DNA of 64,000 bases, from the NCBI GenBank assembly GCA_963706325.1, contig CAVPLT010000006.1:32001-96000 (forward strand), read 5' to 3'. The translations under genes were made by a program, and so were the position numbers. Source of the DNA: an uncultured Nitrospiraceae bacterium. GTDB taxonomy: Bacteria > Nitrospirota > Nitrospiria > Nitrospirales > Nitrospiraceae. The number at the start of each line of letters is the position of its first letter. Within the stretch, counting starts at the first letter, position 1. Under the pieces are notes generated by a model. The model ran no database searches, had not been told where the DNA came from, and was given only the letters and a program-made list of their open reading frames with translations. This document shows, one piece after another, positions 9,998-18,548 of the stretch.

Positions 9998-11017
9998 TCA
10001 GCGGATCTTGGTCGCTTGTTTCTCAGCCAGAGTCGCATCAACCGGAAAATACCCGTCTCTCATGACGTCAGATTGACCCTCCCGGCTGTAGACATAGGTG
10101 AGAAACTCTCTGACGATCGGCGATAGGGGTTTGCCGGGAGCTTGATTCACGTAGATGTAGAGGTAGCGCCACAGAGGATAACTACCGTTCTTGGTGTTCG
10201 CTTGGGTCGGCTCGATATACGGCTGGCCCGCCTTCGCCGCCAGAGGAACCATTCTCACGCCGGACGTCGTATAGCCGATCCCGCTGTAGCCGACCCCATA
10301 GCGGTCTTCGCTGATGCCCTGAACCACTGACGCGGATCCCGGCTGTTCCTTCACCTGATCCTTGAAGTCGCCATTCTTGAGCGCATGGTCTTTGAAAAAT
10401 CCATAGGTTCCGGAAGCCGAATTTCGTCCGTAAAGACTGATGGGGGCCGGAACCCAATCGCCGCTTAATCCCAGCTGACCCCACTTAGTGAGATCCGTCG
10501 CCTGTCCCTGTCGCCGTGATTTCGAAAAGAGCGCATCCACCTCCGGCATGCTCAATCCTTTGATCGGATTGTCTTTGTTGACGAAGAGAGCCAAGGCGTC
10601 GACTGCCACGGGGTAGGGAGTCGGCGGATATCCGAACTTCGCTTCGAATGCATCGATCTCGCTGGACTTCATCGTCCGGGACATGGGGCCGAGTTGCGCC
10701 GTGCCTTCAATGAGGGCCGGCGGCGCCGTGCTGGACCCTTTCCCTTCCACCTGGATCTTCACATTGGGATATTGTTTTCGAAATCCTTCGGCCCAGAGGG
10801 TGATCAGATTGTTGAGCGTGTCCGATCCGATGCTGTTGATCGTGCCGGACACACCACTCACTTTCTGATAGGGCTTCATCTCCTGGTCGAGCTTCACATT
10901 TTCGGTGATGGCGGCAGGCTCACCCGTGCCGGCGCTCCACAAATTCGTCGTCATGAACGGCCCCAATACGGTGAGCGTGACACCCATGCAGATCTGACGA
11001 CGCGAAGCAATCATCAT
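9998..11017 (-). CDS. pstS: Phosphate-binding periplasmic protein PstS (copy 1)
   Basis: GSDT, GSST, GRNSASGTY and YPLWRYLYIY motifs. GGAGG RBS upstream of 11017. Confidence 0.95.
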   Translation of the reverse strand: MMIASRRQICMGVTLTVLGPFMTTNLWSAGTGEPAAITENVKLDQEMKPYQKVSGVSGTINSIGSDTLNNLITLWAEGFRKQYPNVKIQVEGKGSSTAPPALIEGTAQLGPMSRTMKSSEIDAFEAKFGYPPTPYPVAVDALALFVNKDNPIKGLSMPEVDALFSKSRRQGQATDLTKWGQLGLSGDWVPAPISLYGRNSASGTYGFFKDHALKNGDFKDQVKEQPGSASVVQGISEDRYGVGYSGIGYTTSGVRMVPLAAKAGQPYIEPTQANTKNGSYPLWRYLYIYVNQAPGKPLSPIVREFLTYVYSREGQSDVMRDGYFPVDATLAEKQATKIR

Positions 11018-11065
11018 AGAATTCCTCCAGGAGGTGATGAAATCGAACCGTAACAATGATGCAAC

Positions 11066-11119
11066 AGCGTAGAATTGACTCATTGCGTGACCGTCACTGT
11101 CGCGTTAACGGCATGTTAA
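11066..11119 (-). promoter_or_regulatory. Pho-box-like promoter of the pstSCAB-phoU-ppx operon
   Basis: Coding strand TTAAC-N6-TTAAC-N6-GTGAC-N6-GCAAT-N10-TACGCT. Confidence 0.75.
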
Positions 11120-11166
11120 ATCTCTACCCTTGTGCTGCAGAGTCCTGCGTCGTCTCGAGACCGGAA

Positions 11167-11220
11167 TTAACGCGGGCGCGACCATTTCAAGAGGAGACGG
11201 TAACAAGTCGGTCTTATCCT
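11167..11220 (+). promoter_or_regulatory. Pho-box-like promoter of RR2
   Basis: TTAAC-N6-GCGAC-N6-(AAGAG)-N6-GTAAC-N10-TATCCT. Confidence 0.55.
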
Positions 11221-11228
11221 CGCTTCCT

Positions 11229-11921
11229 ATGTCAGGCGCCATGATCCACATCATTGAAGATGAACCGCACCATGCCATATTGCTCGACCGAGCCTTATGC
11301 CAGGCTCGGTTCGCCACTACTCTGGCCGCGGATGGCCATACCGGATGGGAGAATGTGCAGCGCCTCATGCCCTCATTGATTCTGCTCGACCTCATGTTGC
11401 CAGGCATGGATGGTCAAGAGGTCTGCCGGTTGGTTCGAAGCACTCCGTCCACCAGACATATCCCCATCATCATGCTGAGTGCGCTGGGCACCGAAGAAGA
11501 TCGTATTTCGGGAATTCAAATGGGGGCTGATGACTATGTGGTGAAACCATTCAGTCCGCGTGAAGTCGTGTCTCGCGTGCAGGCCGTCCTGCGTCGAAGC
11601 CAAGAGCTCGTTTCTGCAGCGACCGCCCTGTCGGACGCCTCGATCACGGTGCAAGGGCCATATTTCGTGGTATCTCTGGAAGGGCGGCAACTCACAGTTT
11701 CAAGTATGGAACTGGCGCTCCTCCGCGCGATACTCCCTCGGGAGGGTGAATTAGTCAGGGCAGAAGAGCTGACCGCCCTTCTAGTTGGAGAGAACCAGCG
11801 GATTCCGCTGGAAGAGCTCGATCACCGGATTCGATTTCTTCGCCGAAAACTCGAGAATAGCGGCGCAGGAACCATCGAGATATTGCCAGGGTTCCGCTAT
11901 CGACTTCCTACGGCTCTGTGA
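11229..11921 (+). CDS. OmpR/PhoB-family response regulator (RR2), divergent from pstS
   Basis: IIEDE, LILLDLMLPGMDG, IIMLSA and DDYVVKPF motifs. Divergent winged helix. Start is 11229 or 11241. Confidence 0.9.
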   Translation: MSGAMIHIIEDEPHHAILLDRALCQARFATTLAADGHTGWENVQRLMPSLILLDLMLPGMDGQEVCRLVRSTPSTRHIPIIMLSALGTEEDRISGIQMGADDYVVKPFSPREVVSRVQAVLRRSQELVSAATALSDASITVQGPYFVVSLEGRQLTVSSMELALLRAILPREGELVRAEELTALLVGENQRIPLEELDHRIRFLRRKLENSGAGTIEILPGFRYRLPTAL

Positions 11922-11963
11922 CAATCGTCATGCGCCGCCGTCAGTCAACGCCGCATGTCGTCG

Positions 11964-12201
11964 ACGGCCAACAACACCCCCGTCATGACAGATATCCGCC
12001 CGGACGAGCCAGGCGTCATTTCCGGTATGCTCAGCCTCTCGCGGAATCTCGGGCTCATCACCAGTGCATCCTTAGGGGCGCTGTGTTCGCGTTCGCATCG
12101 GCGACGACCAACATTTCAACGGCGCACCCGAGGCAGTTGCCACTGGTATGAGAATTACATTCGCAATCGCGGCGGTTCTGATCGTCGTCGCGATCGCCAT
12201 A
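11964..12201 (+). pseudogene. Frameshifted C-terminal remnant of an MFS (DHA2-like) transporter
   Basis: Three frames join into TANNTPVMTDIRPDEPGVISGMLSLSRNLGLITSAS / GAVFAFASATTNISTAHP / EAVATGMRITFAIAAVLIVVAIAI, with shifts near 12073 and 12130. Confidence 0.7.
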
Positions 12202-12365
12202 CAACTAGCCAACACGGTGTTTGATACACATTTTCTCCGATCCGGGAGGGTGTTGTCGGTCAGTTCTCGGCAGTTGAGTAAAATTCTACGGTTCCGGCGT
12301 ACATCCCGTGATGGGCGTGGGCGTAGCGAATGGATGGGAGGAGGTGGCCGTATTAAGAGAGCGGA

Positions 12366-12934
12366 TCAGCGCACCTGGAGGCCTCGGTGGAACCGAGTGC
12401 CCCGCAAACGGCAGCAGGTTCCACTTAGCTGGGCAACAGTATTGACTTGGCTGCTGGAGGATGTCTGCCAAGAGGACGAGCCGTTACTCGACGCCTGCTG
12501 ATACTTCGCCAGCGAGTCATTGGCGATTTCACTCGCGGGTTGGTCCATGAAGGATCCGCCTGTCGCACTTGAGCTCGAGGAGCCTGGCGTTGATGACCGG
12601 GATGACGTCGAGCCGTCGGTCCTTGTAGCCTGCTGAGGATCGCTTACAATCGATTGGGCGAACCGATTCACAAAGGAGTGGCCGTCTTGAGCGCCACCAT
12701 GGTGACGATGCCGATGGTGCCCCTGACGCCATTGACGCCCGAGGTCTGAGCCGGATCAATGGCCTGCGAGGGTTGACTCGCATTCTACTGGGCCGCTGCC
12801 TTGGAAATGGAGGTCCTGTCAGCTGGCTGCTGACAACCGCAAGAGGATTGGTTTCTCGTCGAAGCGCCGACTCCAGAAAGATAACTCTGAAGCCACTGCA
12901 GAACAGGAGAGGACCCCACACTTGAGACAGACAT
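12366..12934 (-). pseudogene. Disrupted Ser/Gln/His-rich hypothetical protein
   Basis: AAGGAG RBS, then MSVSSVGSSPVLQWLQ…SISKAAAQ, an in-frame TAG at 12785-12787, NASQPSQ…, and a frameshift near 12724 into GHHRHRHHGG…FVNRFAQSIVSD…. Confidence 0.55.
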
Positions 12935-13070
12935 ACCGTCTCCTTGGTAATCAGAAAGTCTTGCGATCCATGCTTGATGACTCGCTGATTTGGAGAAAAG
13001 GCGCCGATCCATGTGCCGCCCTCAGCGGAACTTGCGCAGCAAGAAACACCACCGCATCTCGTGGCCCCAG

Positions 13071-13310
13071 TTAGCCTACAGAAGCCAGCGCAGGCGCTCT
13101 GCTTGAAGTCCGTTCGACCTCGTATTGAAATCCTCTCCGAAGAAGAATGAGCTTCCCTCTCCGGCTCAGGTCATCGATGGTCTTGAATACTTGGTTCCAG
13201 GTGAGCTCGGGAAGCAGAGTGACGACCTGCTCCAGGGTTAAAGATTTCCGAACGCGCAACAACTCGAGGATGAGAGATTCACTCTTGAGGGAGATAGCTG
13301 GATGGACCAT
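13071..13310 (-). CDS. Small hypothetical protein, winged-helix-like
   Basis: 79 aa with AGGAGG RBS. Helix-helix-helix-beta pattern (ILELLR…LTLEQVV…TWNQVFKTIDDLSRRGKLIL). Confidence 0.7.
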   Translation of the reverse strand: MVHPAISLKSESLILELLRVRKSLTLEQVVTLLPELTWNQVFKTIDDLSRRGKLILLRRGFQYEVERTSSRAPALASVG

Positions 13311-13411
13311 GATGCTCCTCCTGGTTGGACTTTCTGTCTCCTTGAGAACGGCTCGCTCGCAGAGCCAGTGAACAGAGACTACCTTCGCACCCTAGTCTTT
13401 GCCTCGGCGGT

Positions 13412-13449
13412 GTCTCTTGGAGATCAACAATGCGTCAATTTCGTGTTAA
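13412..13449 (-). promoter_or_regulatory. Pho-box-like repeats upstream of the 79-aa gene
   Basis: TTAAC-N6-TTGAC-N6-TTGAT-N6-GAGAC. No -10 element at the spacing seen in the other promoters. Confidence 0.5.
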
Positions 13450-13464
13450 CTCGCCGCGATGCCT

Positions 13465-13974
13465 CTAGAATTCCTCTCGGCCGCACACTGTGCCTTTAAC
13501 GGCGGCATCTCCATAGGCCGGGGAACAACGCACGGCCACGACCCGCACGGCGCCCAATGTCAGAAGAATCGCTCCCAAGAGCAGCAACTTGACCTGATCG
13601 GCCTCCTTGAACCACAGAGAAATGATCTCTGTCAGCATGACGACCAGGATGGTATCCACGATGAAGGTCACCTTCACGCGCCCCTCGGAGAAGTACGTCA
13701 CGGTGGTCTTAAATACCTCGACCACCGCAAGCAAGATCAGCGTATCGACGATGATTTGCCGGAGACCGACTTCGACCGGTGCGTTGAACATCAACCCGAT
13801 ATCCATGAAGGTCTTGATTACGCCGCCCGTCAGCGCGATGAGAATCGTCAGAATCAGGAGACTCAAGACCGCTTTGATTCCCTTCATCCATAACTCAGTG
13901 AGATCTGTATCGATGACTCGGGCCGCCAAATCAGAGAAACGATGCACGCGAGGCTGAAGATTTGTGAATGTCAT
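13465..13974 (-). CDS. psiE: Phosphate-starvation-inducible PsiE-family membrane protein
   Basis: Four TM segments, motif LAVVEVFKTTVTYF…VKVTFIVDT. AGGAG RBS before MTFTNL. Confidence 0.8.
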   Translation of the reverse strand: MTFTNLQPRVHRFSDLAARVIDTDLTELWMKGIKAVLSLLILTILIALTGGVIKTFMDIGLMFNAPVEVGLRQIIVDTLILLAVVEVFKTTVTYFSEGRVKVTFIVDTILVVMLTEIISLWFKEADQVKLLLLGAILLTLGAVRVVAVRCSPAYGDAAVKGTVCGREEF

Positions 13975-14036
13975 ACGTAAGGACTCCTGGTGGTGAAGGA
14001 AACTTCCTGCCATCGTTAGACCTCTACATTACGCTG

Positions 14037-14090
14037 AGTCTATGCGAGCGCTGTTCCAGGAGGATCACGGCTCCATTACAGAAGCGTTAC
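14037..14090 (-). promoter_or_regulatory. Pho-box-like promoter of psiE
   Basis: GTAAC-N6-GTAAT-N6-GTGAT-N6-GGAAC-N10-TAGACT. Confidence 0.7.
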
Positions 14091-14142
14091 GTTAGTCGGA
14101 AATCACTCGACGTCCATTCGCACGGCGCAAGATTCGAAAGGA

Positions 14143-14196
14143 TTTACGCCGGCGTAACAGTGGAGATATGCCAATGAAATCTCGCTCCGTTACTCT
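14143..14196 (+). promoter_or_regulatory. Pho-box-like promoter of RR3
   Basis: TTTAC-N6-GTAAC-N6-GATAT-N6-GAAAT-N10-TACTCT. The ATG begins 7 nt after the -10. Confidence 0.6.
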
Positions 14197-14202
14197 TGAT
14201 CC

Positions 14203-14913
14203 ATGCAGGCTCCAATGGACTCTATGCGCCATCGAGGAATCGCCGTCCTCCTCGTCAGCAGGGACGAGCTGTATGCCGAGGCGATCCATCACCTGTTGAG
14301 ACCCAACGGGTATTACGTGACACTCGCGCCGACCGCCGAAGCCGCTCTGTCCCTCGCGCCACGAGTGGCTTTCAAACTGGCTCTGATCGACCGACGACAC
14401 AAGATCATCGCGATCCTGCGGCGCGATCCGGCCCTTCGACACATCCCCATGATCGCCATCCAGCCTCATGGGGAACCCTGCACAGAAGAGGACACGTTGG
14501 AGGAGCTGGCTGCTGGGTTCGATATGGTGCTGGACTCTCACCGTCATCGCGAATGGCTGGCCATCATCAAGGCGCTGATTCGAAGGCAAGAGTTTCAGGC
14601 TGTTCCCGTCAGGGAATTTCGGGTGAACTCACTGTCCATGAACCTGGACCGACACGAAGTCATGGTCGGAGAGAAGCCGATCCAACTAACCCCAAAAGAG
14701 TTCCAGATTCTTCGAGTCTTCCTCCAGAACCCCGGGCGCGTGCTGACACGCCAGGAGCTCCTCAACCTCGTATGGGGAGAGGACTATGCGCTAGAGGAAC
14801 ATGCCCTGGACGTGCATATCCACGCACTCCGACAGAAACTGGAATACAATCCGCCTGCCCCGCGATGGATTCTCACGATCAGAGGAGTGGGATATAAATT
14901 GTCTTCCACGTGA
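14203..14913 (+). CDS. OmpR-family regulator with atypical (pseudo-)receiver domain (RR3)
   Basis: Well-conserved wHTH (LTPKEFQIL…LDVHIHALRQKLE…TIRGVGYK). The receiver lacks the acidic pair, the switch Thr/Ser and the conserved Lys-Pro. Confidence 0.85.
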   Translation: MQAPMDSMRHRGIAVLLVSRDELYAEAIHHLLRPNGYYVTLAPTAEAALSLAPRVAFKLALIDRRHKIIAILRRDPALRHIPMIAIQPHGEPCTEEDTLEELAAGFDMVLDSHRHREWLAIIKALIRRQEFQAVPVREFRVNSLSMNLDRHEVMVGEKPIQLTPKEFQILRVFLQNPGRVLTRQELLNLVWGEDYALEEHALDVHIHALRQKLEYNPPAPRWILTIRGVGYKLSST

Positions 14914-14985
14914 GAGGAGAGACACGATGTGCTCCATGATCTCCCGGCAAGAAACAATGCGCTGTCACGGATTCCACGACAGAGT

Positions 14986-15039
14986 TTTACACGTTGGTAA
15001 CATCGCTCGAACGCTGGTGTGATCCAGATCGACTACCTT
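14986..15039 (+). promoter_or_regulatory. Pho-box-like promoter of the porin operon
   Basis: TTTAC-N6-GTAAC-N6-CGAAC-N6-GTGAT-N10-TACCTT. Confidence 0.7.
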
Positions 15040-15084
15040 CCCCCCGCGTTCACTACACCAATAGACACAAGGAGGATGTTCGTA

Positions 15085-16632
15085 ATGGAAGTACGCTCGT
15101 TGGTTACATCCATCAGCGGCCTCGTCGGGACTGCAGTATTGAGTCTCTGCGTGACTGCATCCTGGGCCGATGATTCGTCAGGACAGGGGGGAAAGACCCC
15201 TCAGCCGAATCCCGTCGTGGCCCAAACCATCGGTCCGTCTCCCGCTGGCGCCAGCGCTCCGCCATCATCTCAGGAAGTTCCGTTGGGAGGCACGTCGATC
15301 GAGGATCTTCTCATGCAGAAGGGGACGATCACCAAGGAAGAATGGATTCAGATTCGCGCCGAGCAGGAATACAAGGGCGGGGAGATAGACAAACGGGTCG
15401 ATACGCTGGATGAATGGAAGTCCAGGAATGAATTATTGCCGATCCTCCGGGACAAGGTGAACTTCGGACTCAATGCCCTGCAATTTTTATACACCCACCA
15501 GGATGCGCATGTGCCGGAAGGCAGGAGCCAGGACAACCTCTCGATTCGGCGCTCTGAAATTCTGTTCTGGGGCCGGCTCAGCGATACCCTCCCACGATGG
15601 CATACATTGATGGAGTTTCAGAGCATCACCTTGCAGAACAACACGCCGACGGGCGGAAGCGCCGCCACCGGCGGAGTGCCGACCTCGGCGACTTTCTTTC
15701 GTGAAGCCTATCTCGACGTACGACCGGTGCAAGCTTGGGCCCCCAATCTGAATTATTTTCGAATGGGTGTCTTTCGAATGCCCTTCGGTATCTTCACGGA
15801 AACCTCGGGTGGTTTGCGCGACGTCATCAGTTCTCCTTACCTCACCTCGGTGGGCTCCGGAGTCGGCAACCGCACCGGGTCGGCCGGAACGATTGACTTT
15901 ATCCAAGAGCGCGATTACTTCGTTGACATGCGCGGCAAATTGTTCAACCGGTTGGAATATGCGGCCGGTATTATGAACAATAATAACTACACAGCGAACG
16001 CCACCGGAGCGAACGCGCCAAAAGCCTTCTATTCCCGGGTCCGTCTTTTCGGAAACGATGTCTCCTTCATCAGCTTCACGACGATTCAAGGCGAATCGAA
16101 CAACGCCAATACCAACATCAACGGCCGTGGCAAGGGCGCCTTCGATCGCTATGGATTAGATGCCCGCTATACATCGAAAATCATTCCTGGTCTGATGGTG
16201 CAGGGCGAATGGTGGCAGGGACATGATGGGGCCAATCAAACGACGGTCGGTCGACCGGCCAACGGGACCTGTGATTTTCAGCCGAGTTGTGGAGGCTCCG
16301 GCGCACCCGGTGTGCAACGACGCACCTGGTATGTGTTGGCTAAGTACTTGATCACCCGGGGACCATTTGAGAATTTCGAGCCCGTTATCATGTATGACCA
16401 ATTTGATCCCAACACCGGGATCGGCAACGATCTGTACACGAGAACCATCGCCGGACTCACCTATTACTTTGAAAACTTTCCGCCGAAGGTTCAATCCAAA
16501 TTGCAGGTTAACTACGAGTTCCGCCATCATTCCGGCAATGGGCCGGGCAACGTCGTCGATCCCACGCGTGGCGTCGGAGACCCTTTCGCCCAGAATGCTT
16601 TCTTGGTACAGTGGCAAATACGATTTATGTAA
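15085..16632 (+). CDS. Outer-membrane porin, probably phosphate-selective (OprO/OprP-like)
   Basis: Signal peptide, IEDLLMQKGTITKEE segment, amphipathic beta strands, C-terminal QWQIRFM. AGGAGG RBS. Confidence 0.7.
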   Translation: MEVRSLVTSISGLVGTAVLSLCVTASWADDSSGQGGKTPQPNPVVAQTIGPSPAGASAPPSSQEVPLGGTSIEDLLMQKGTITKEEWIQIRAEQEYKGGEIDKRVDTLDEWKSRNELLPILRDKVNFGLNALQFLYTHQDAHVPEGRSQDNLSIRRSEILFWGRLSDTLPRWHTLMEFQSITLQNNTPTGGSAATGGVPTSATFFREAYLDVRPVQAWAPNLNYFRMGVFRMPFGIFTETSGGLRDVISSPYLTSVGSGVGNRTGSAGTIDFIQERDYFVDMRGKLFNRLEYAAGIMNNNNYTANATGANAPKAFYSRVRLFGNDVSFISFTTIQGESNNANTNINGRGKGAFDRYGLDARYTSKIIPGLMVQGEWWQGHDGANQTTVGRPANGTCDFQPSCGGSGAPGVQRRTWYVLAKYLITRGPFENFEPVIMYDQFDPNTGIGNDLYTRTIAGLTYYFENFPPKVQSKLQVNYEFRHHSGNGPGNVVDPTRGVGDPFAQNAFLVQWQIRFM

Positions 16633-16702
16633 TGATCGGGACGGGCTCGCACAGCCATACATTCACAACCGAGCATGTCTCAATACAAGAGAAGGACAAC
16701 CA

Positions 16703-17242
16703 ATGAAGCTACAACGAGGAGCGCTCGTAGTCTTACTGATCGGGATAGTTTTCAGTGGATGCGGATCACCAAGGATCTTTTCGCCCCAGGTGTTGGAGGG
16801 CGTGGATGACAACTTTGATTTTGCGGGCTGGCGGATGGTCCCGAACGCCAAGGCGGGAAAAAAGGTGCAACTCGGTGGCCGTATCGTGCAGGCTCCGCAA
16901 AAAGACGGCCTTGTGACCATGGTCCTCACGCAGCTCCCGATCGTCGACCACCCGGCCTATGGGCCGACTGATACAGGACGCGGACGGGGAGAATTCCTGG
17001 TCTATTTCCATGGGAACATTCCACCCAACTGGTTGCAGGCGGGCAATCGTGTCATCGTGATCGGAACGACGCAAAACGCTGCGGTCGTGGCCGTTGAGGA
17101 CAGTCAACGCAGCCTTCCCGCGCTCACGGCGCAGTGTCTCCATATTTGGAATACCGGCGGAAAAGAGATTGCCGAATTCCCGAACTTTGGAGCAGGATAC
17201 CAGCCGCTTGAAGAGGATACCTATTGCGCGGAGTCACGGTAA
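16703..17242 (+). CDS. Slp-family outer-membrane lipoprotein
   Basis: Lipobox FSG-C, GKKVQLGGRIV and GNRVIVIG motifs. GAAGGA RBS. Confidence 0.8.
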   Translation: MKLQRGALVVLLIGIVFSGCGSPRIFSPQVLEGVDDNFDFAGWRMVPNAKAGKKVQLGGRIVQAPQKDGLVTMVLTQLPIVDHPAYGPTDTGRGRGEFLVYFHGNIPPNWLQAGNRVIVIGTTQNAAVVAVEDSQRSLPALTAQCLHIWNTGGKEIAEFPNFGAGYQPLEEDTYCAESR

Positions 17243-17586
17243 CAGTCCCGACGAGAGGGCGGCTCGCCAGACAAGGGGGCGGCGCGCGTGATCGATTCTT
17301 CGCGCTCCTCCTGGTGTTGGCTTTCACCGCCTGCGGGGGCGAGGTCACTCTTGTCCGAGACACCCCGAATGGAGGAATCGTCACCTATACGTTCCAGAAT
17401 GAGACCGATGTACTCACGTCGAGCCATCGGCGTGAGGCCATGGGACTCATCAAGCAGAAATGCCCCGCTGGATCACATATCCAGAAAGAAGGCGAAGTTC
17501 CGAAGGTCAGCCAGGCGGCGGATCGCGCCTGGCGCGGGCAAATGGGAGGCGACAGATTGTGGGGTATTCAGTTCACATGCGATTAG
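17224..17586 (+). CDS. Hypothetical lipoprotein
   Basis: Lipobox FTA-C, two further Cys (KC…FTCD). GAGG RBS before the TTG start. Confidence 0.7.
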   Translation: MRGVTVTVPTRGRLARQGGGARDRFFALLLVLAFTACGGEVTLVRDTPNGGIVTYTFQNETDVLTSSHRREAMGLIKQKCPAGSHIQKEGEVPKVSQAADRAWRGQMGGDRLWGIQFTCD

Positions 17587-17618
17587 CTCACCTGCGGACC
17601 ACATGCACACTAACGGGT

Positions 17619-18548
17619 ATGCGACGTGGCATCTACCTGGCATTGCTCGCCTTGCTGGTATCCGCCTGTTCGCTAGCGACCGGGGGGAAGGTCTTGTACG
17701 ACCAACAGGACCGTCAAATCGGTCTACAAACGGACCCCACAATCCGTCGCGCCCCGTCACCGACAGAAAACAATCATCCTGCGCAGCTCACTGCCGAAGA
17801 TGTTCGAACACTGCTCGTCTCATTGATGATAAGCGGTTGGAGCGGGACCCTCGTTGGAGTTGTGGAACAGCCCCGGCCGATTCCAGTCTTCACCGAGGCC
17901 GAGCTCAGTCACATCGCAGCGCCCATCGCCCTTGCCTTTCAGCAGGCGGGCCCCACCGACCGAATATTCTTCTCCTTGCCCAGGTCACAGACGACCTATA
18001 GCGAGGAACGCACAACCGGTGCCCTGTTTCTTCGTGGCCGCTATCTCCATGTGGTCATTACGGATCATTCCGCCTTCACAAAGGCCGATACGGCCGGGGG
18101 AGACGTGAAAGATCCACGCGATATGAAAGGGATGAAGCTGTGGGTTGCGGCACCGGCAACGAGAGCTACGGTGCCCGATGCGGAGGAGCCTCGCTGGGCC
18201 CACTTTGAGACGGTACACCTCTCATTGAACGCCAAGGATATCATCGCGCTGCGAAGCCGGGCCGCTGAACCTTCGTTCGAAGCATCGCACCCGATTCCGC
18301 CACCGGTGAAGACCTCATCGTCGACGGTGGTGAATAATGGCGCGACAGCTGAACCACTCACCAATCAGACAGACGAACTTCGTCAGCAGGTCCGGGAACT
18401 CACCAGGTCAAATTTGGATCTTCGCGATCGCCTGGAGGATCAACATAAGCAGATGCAGGCCTTGCAGGATCAGTTAGTGAAAGCCCAGCAGGAGCTTGAC
18501 TCAGCCCGCCCAAAGACCAAGAATTCCCGCAAGGCTCCAGCTCCATAG
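17619..18548 (+). CDS. Hypothetical lipoprotein with C-terminal coiled coil
   Basis: Lipobox VSA-C (MRRGIYLALLALLVSAC) and a heptad-rich C-terminus. Confidence 0.75.
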   Translation: MRRGIYLALLALLVSACSLATGGKVLYDQQDRQIGLQTDPTIRRAPSPTENNHPAQLTAEDVRTLLVSLMISGWSGTLVGVVEQPRPIPVFTEAELSHIAAPIALAFQQAGPTDRIFFSLPRSQTTYSEERTTGALFLRGRYLHVVITDHSAFTKADTAGGDVKDPRDMKGMKLWVAAPATRATVPDAEEPRWAHFETVHLSLNAKDIIALRSRAAEPSFEASHPIPPPVKTSSSTVVNNGATAEPLTNQTDELRQQVRELTRSNLDLRDRLEDQHKQMQALQDQLVKAQQELDSARPKTKNSRKAPAP

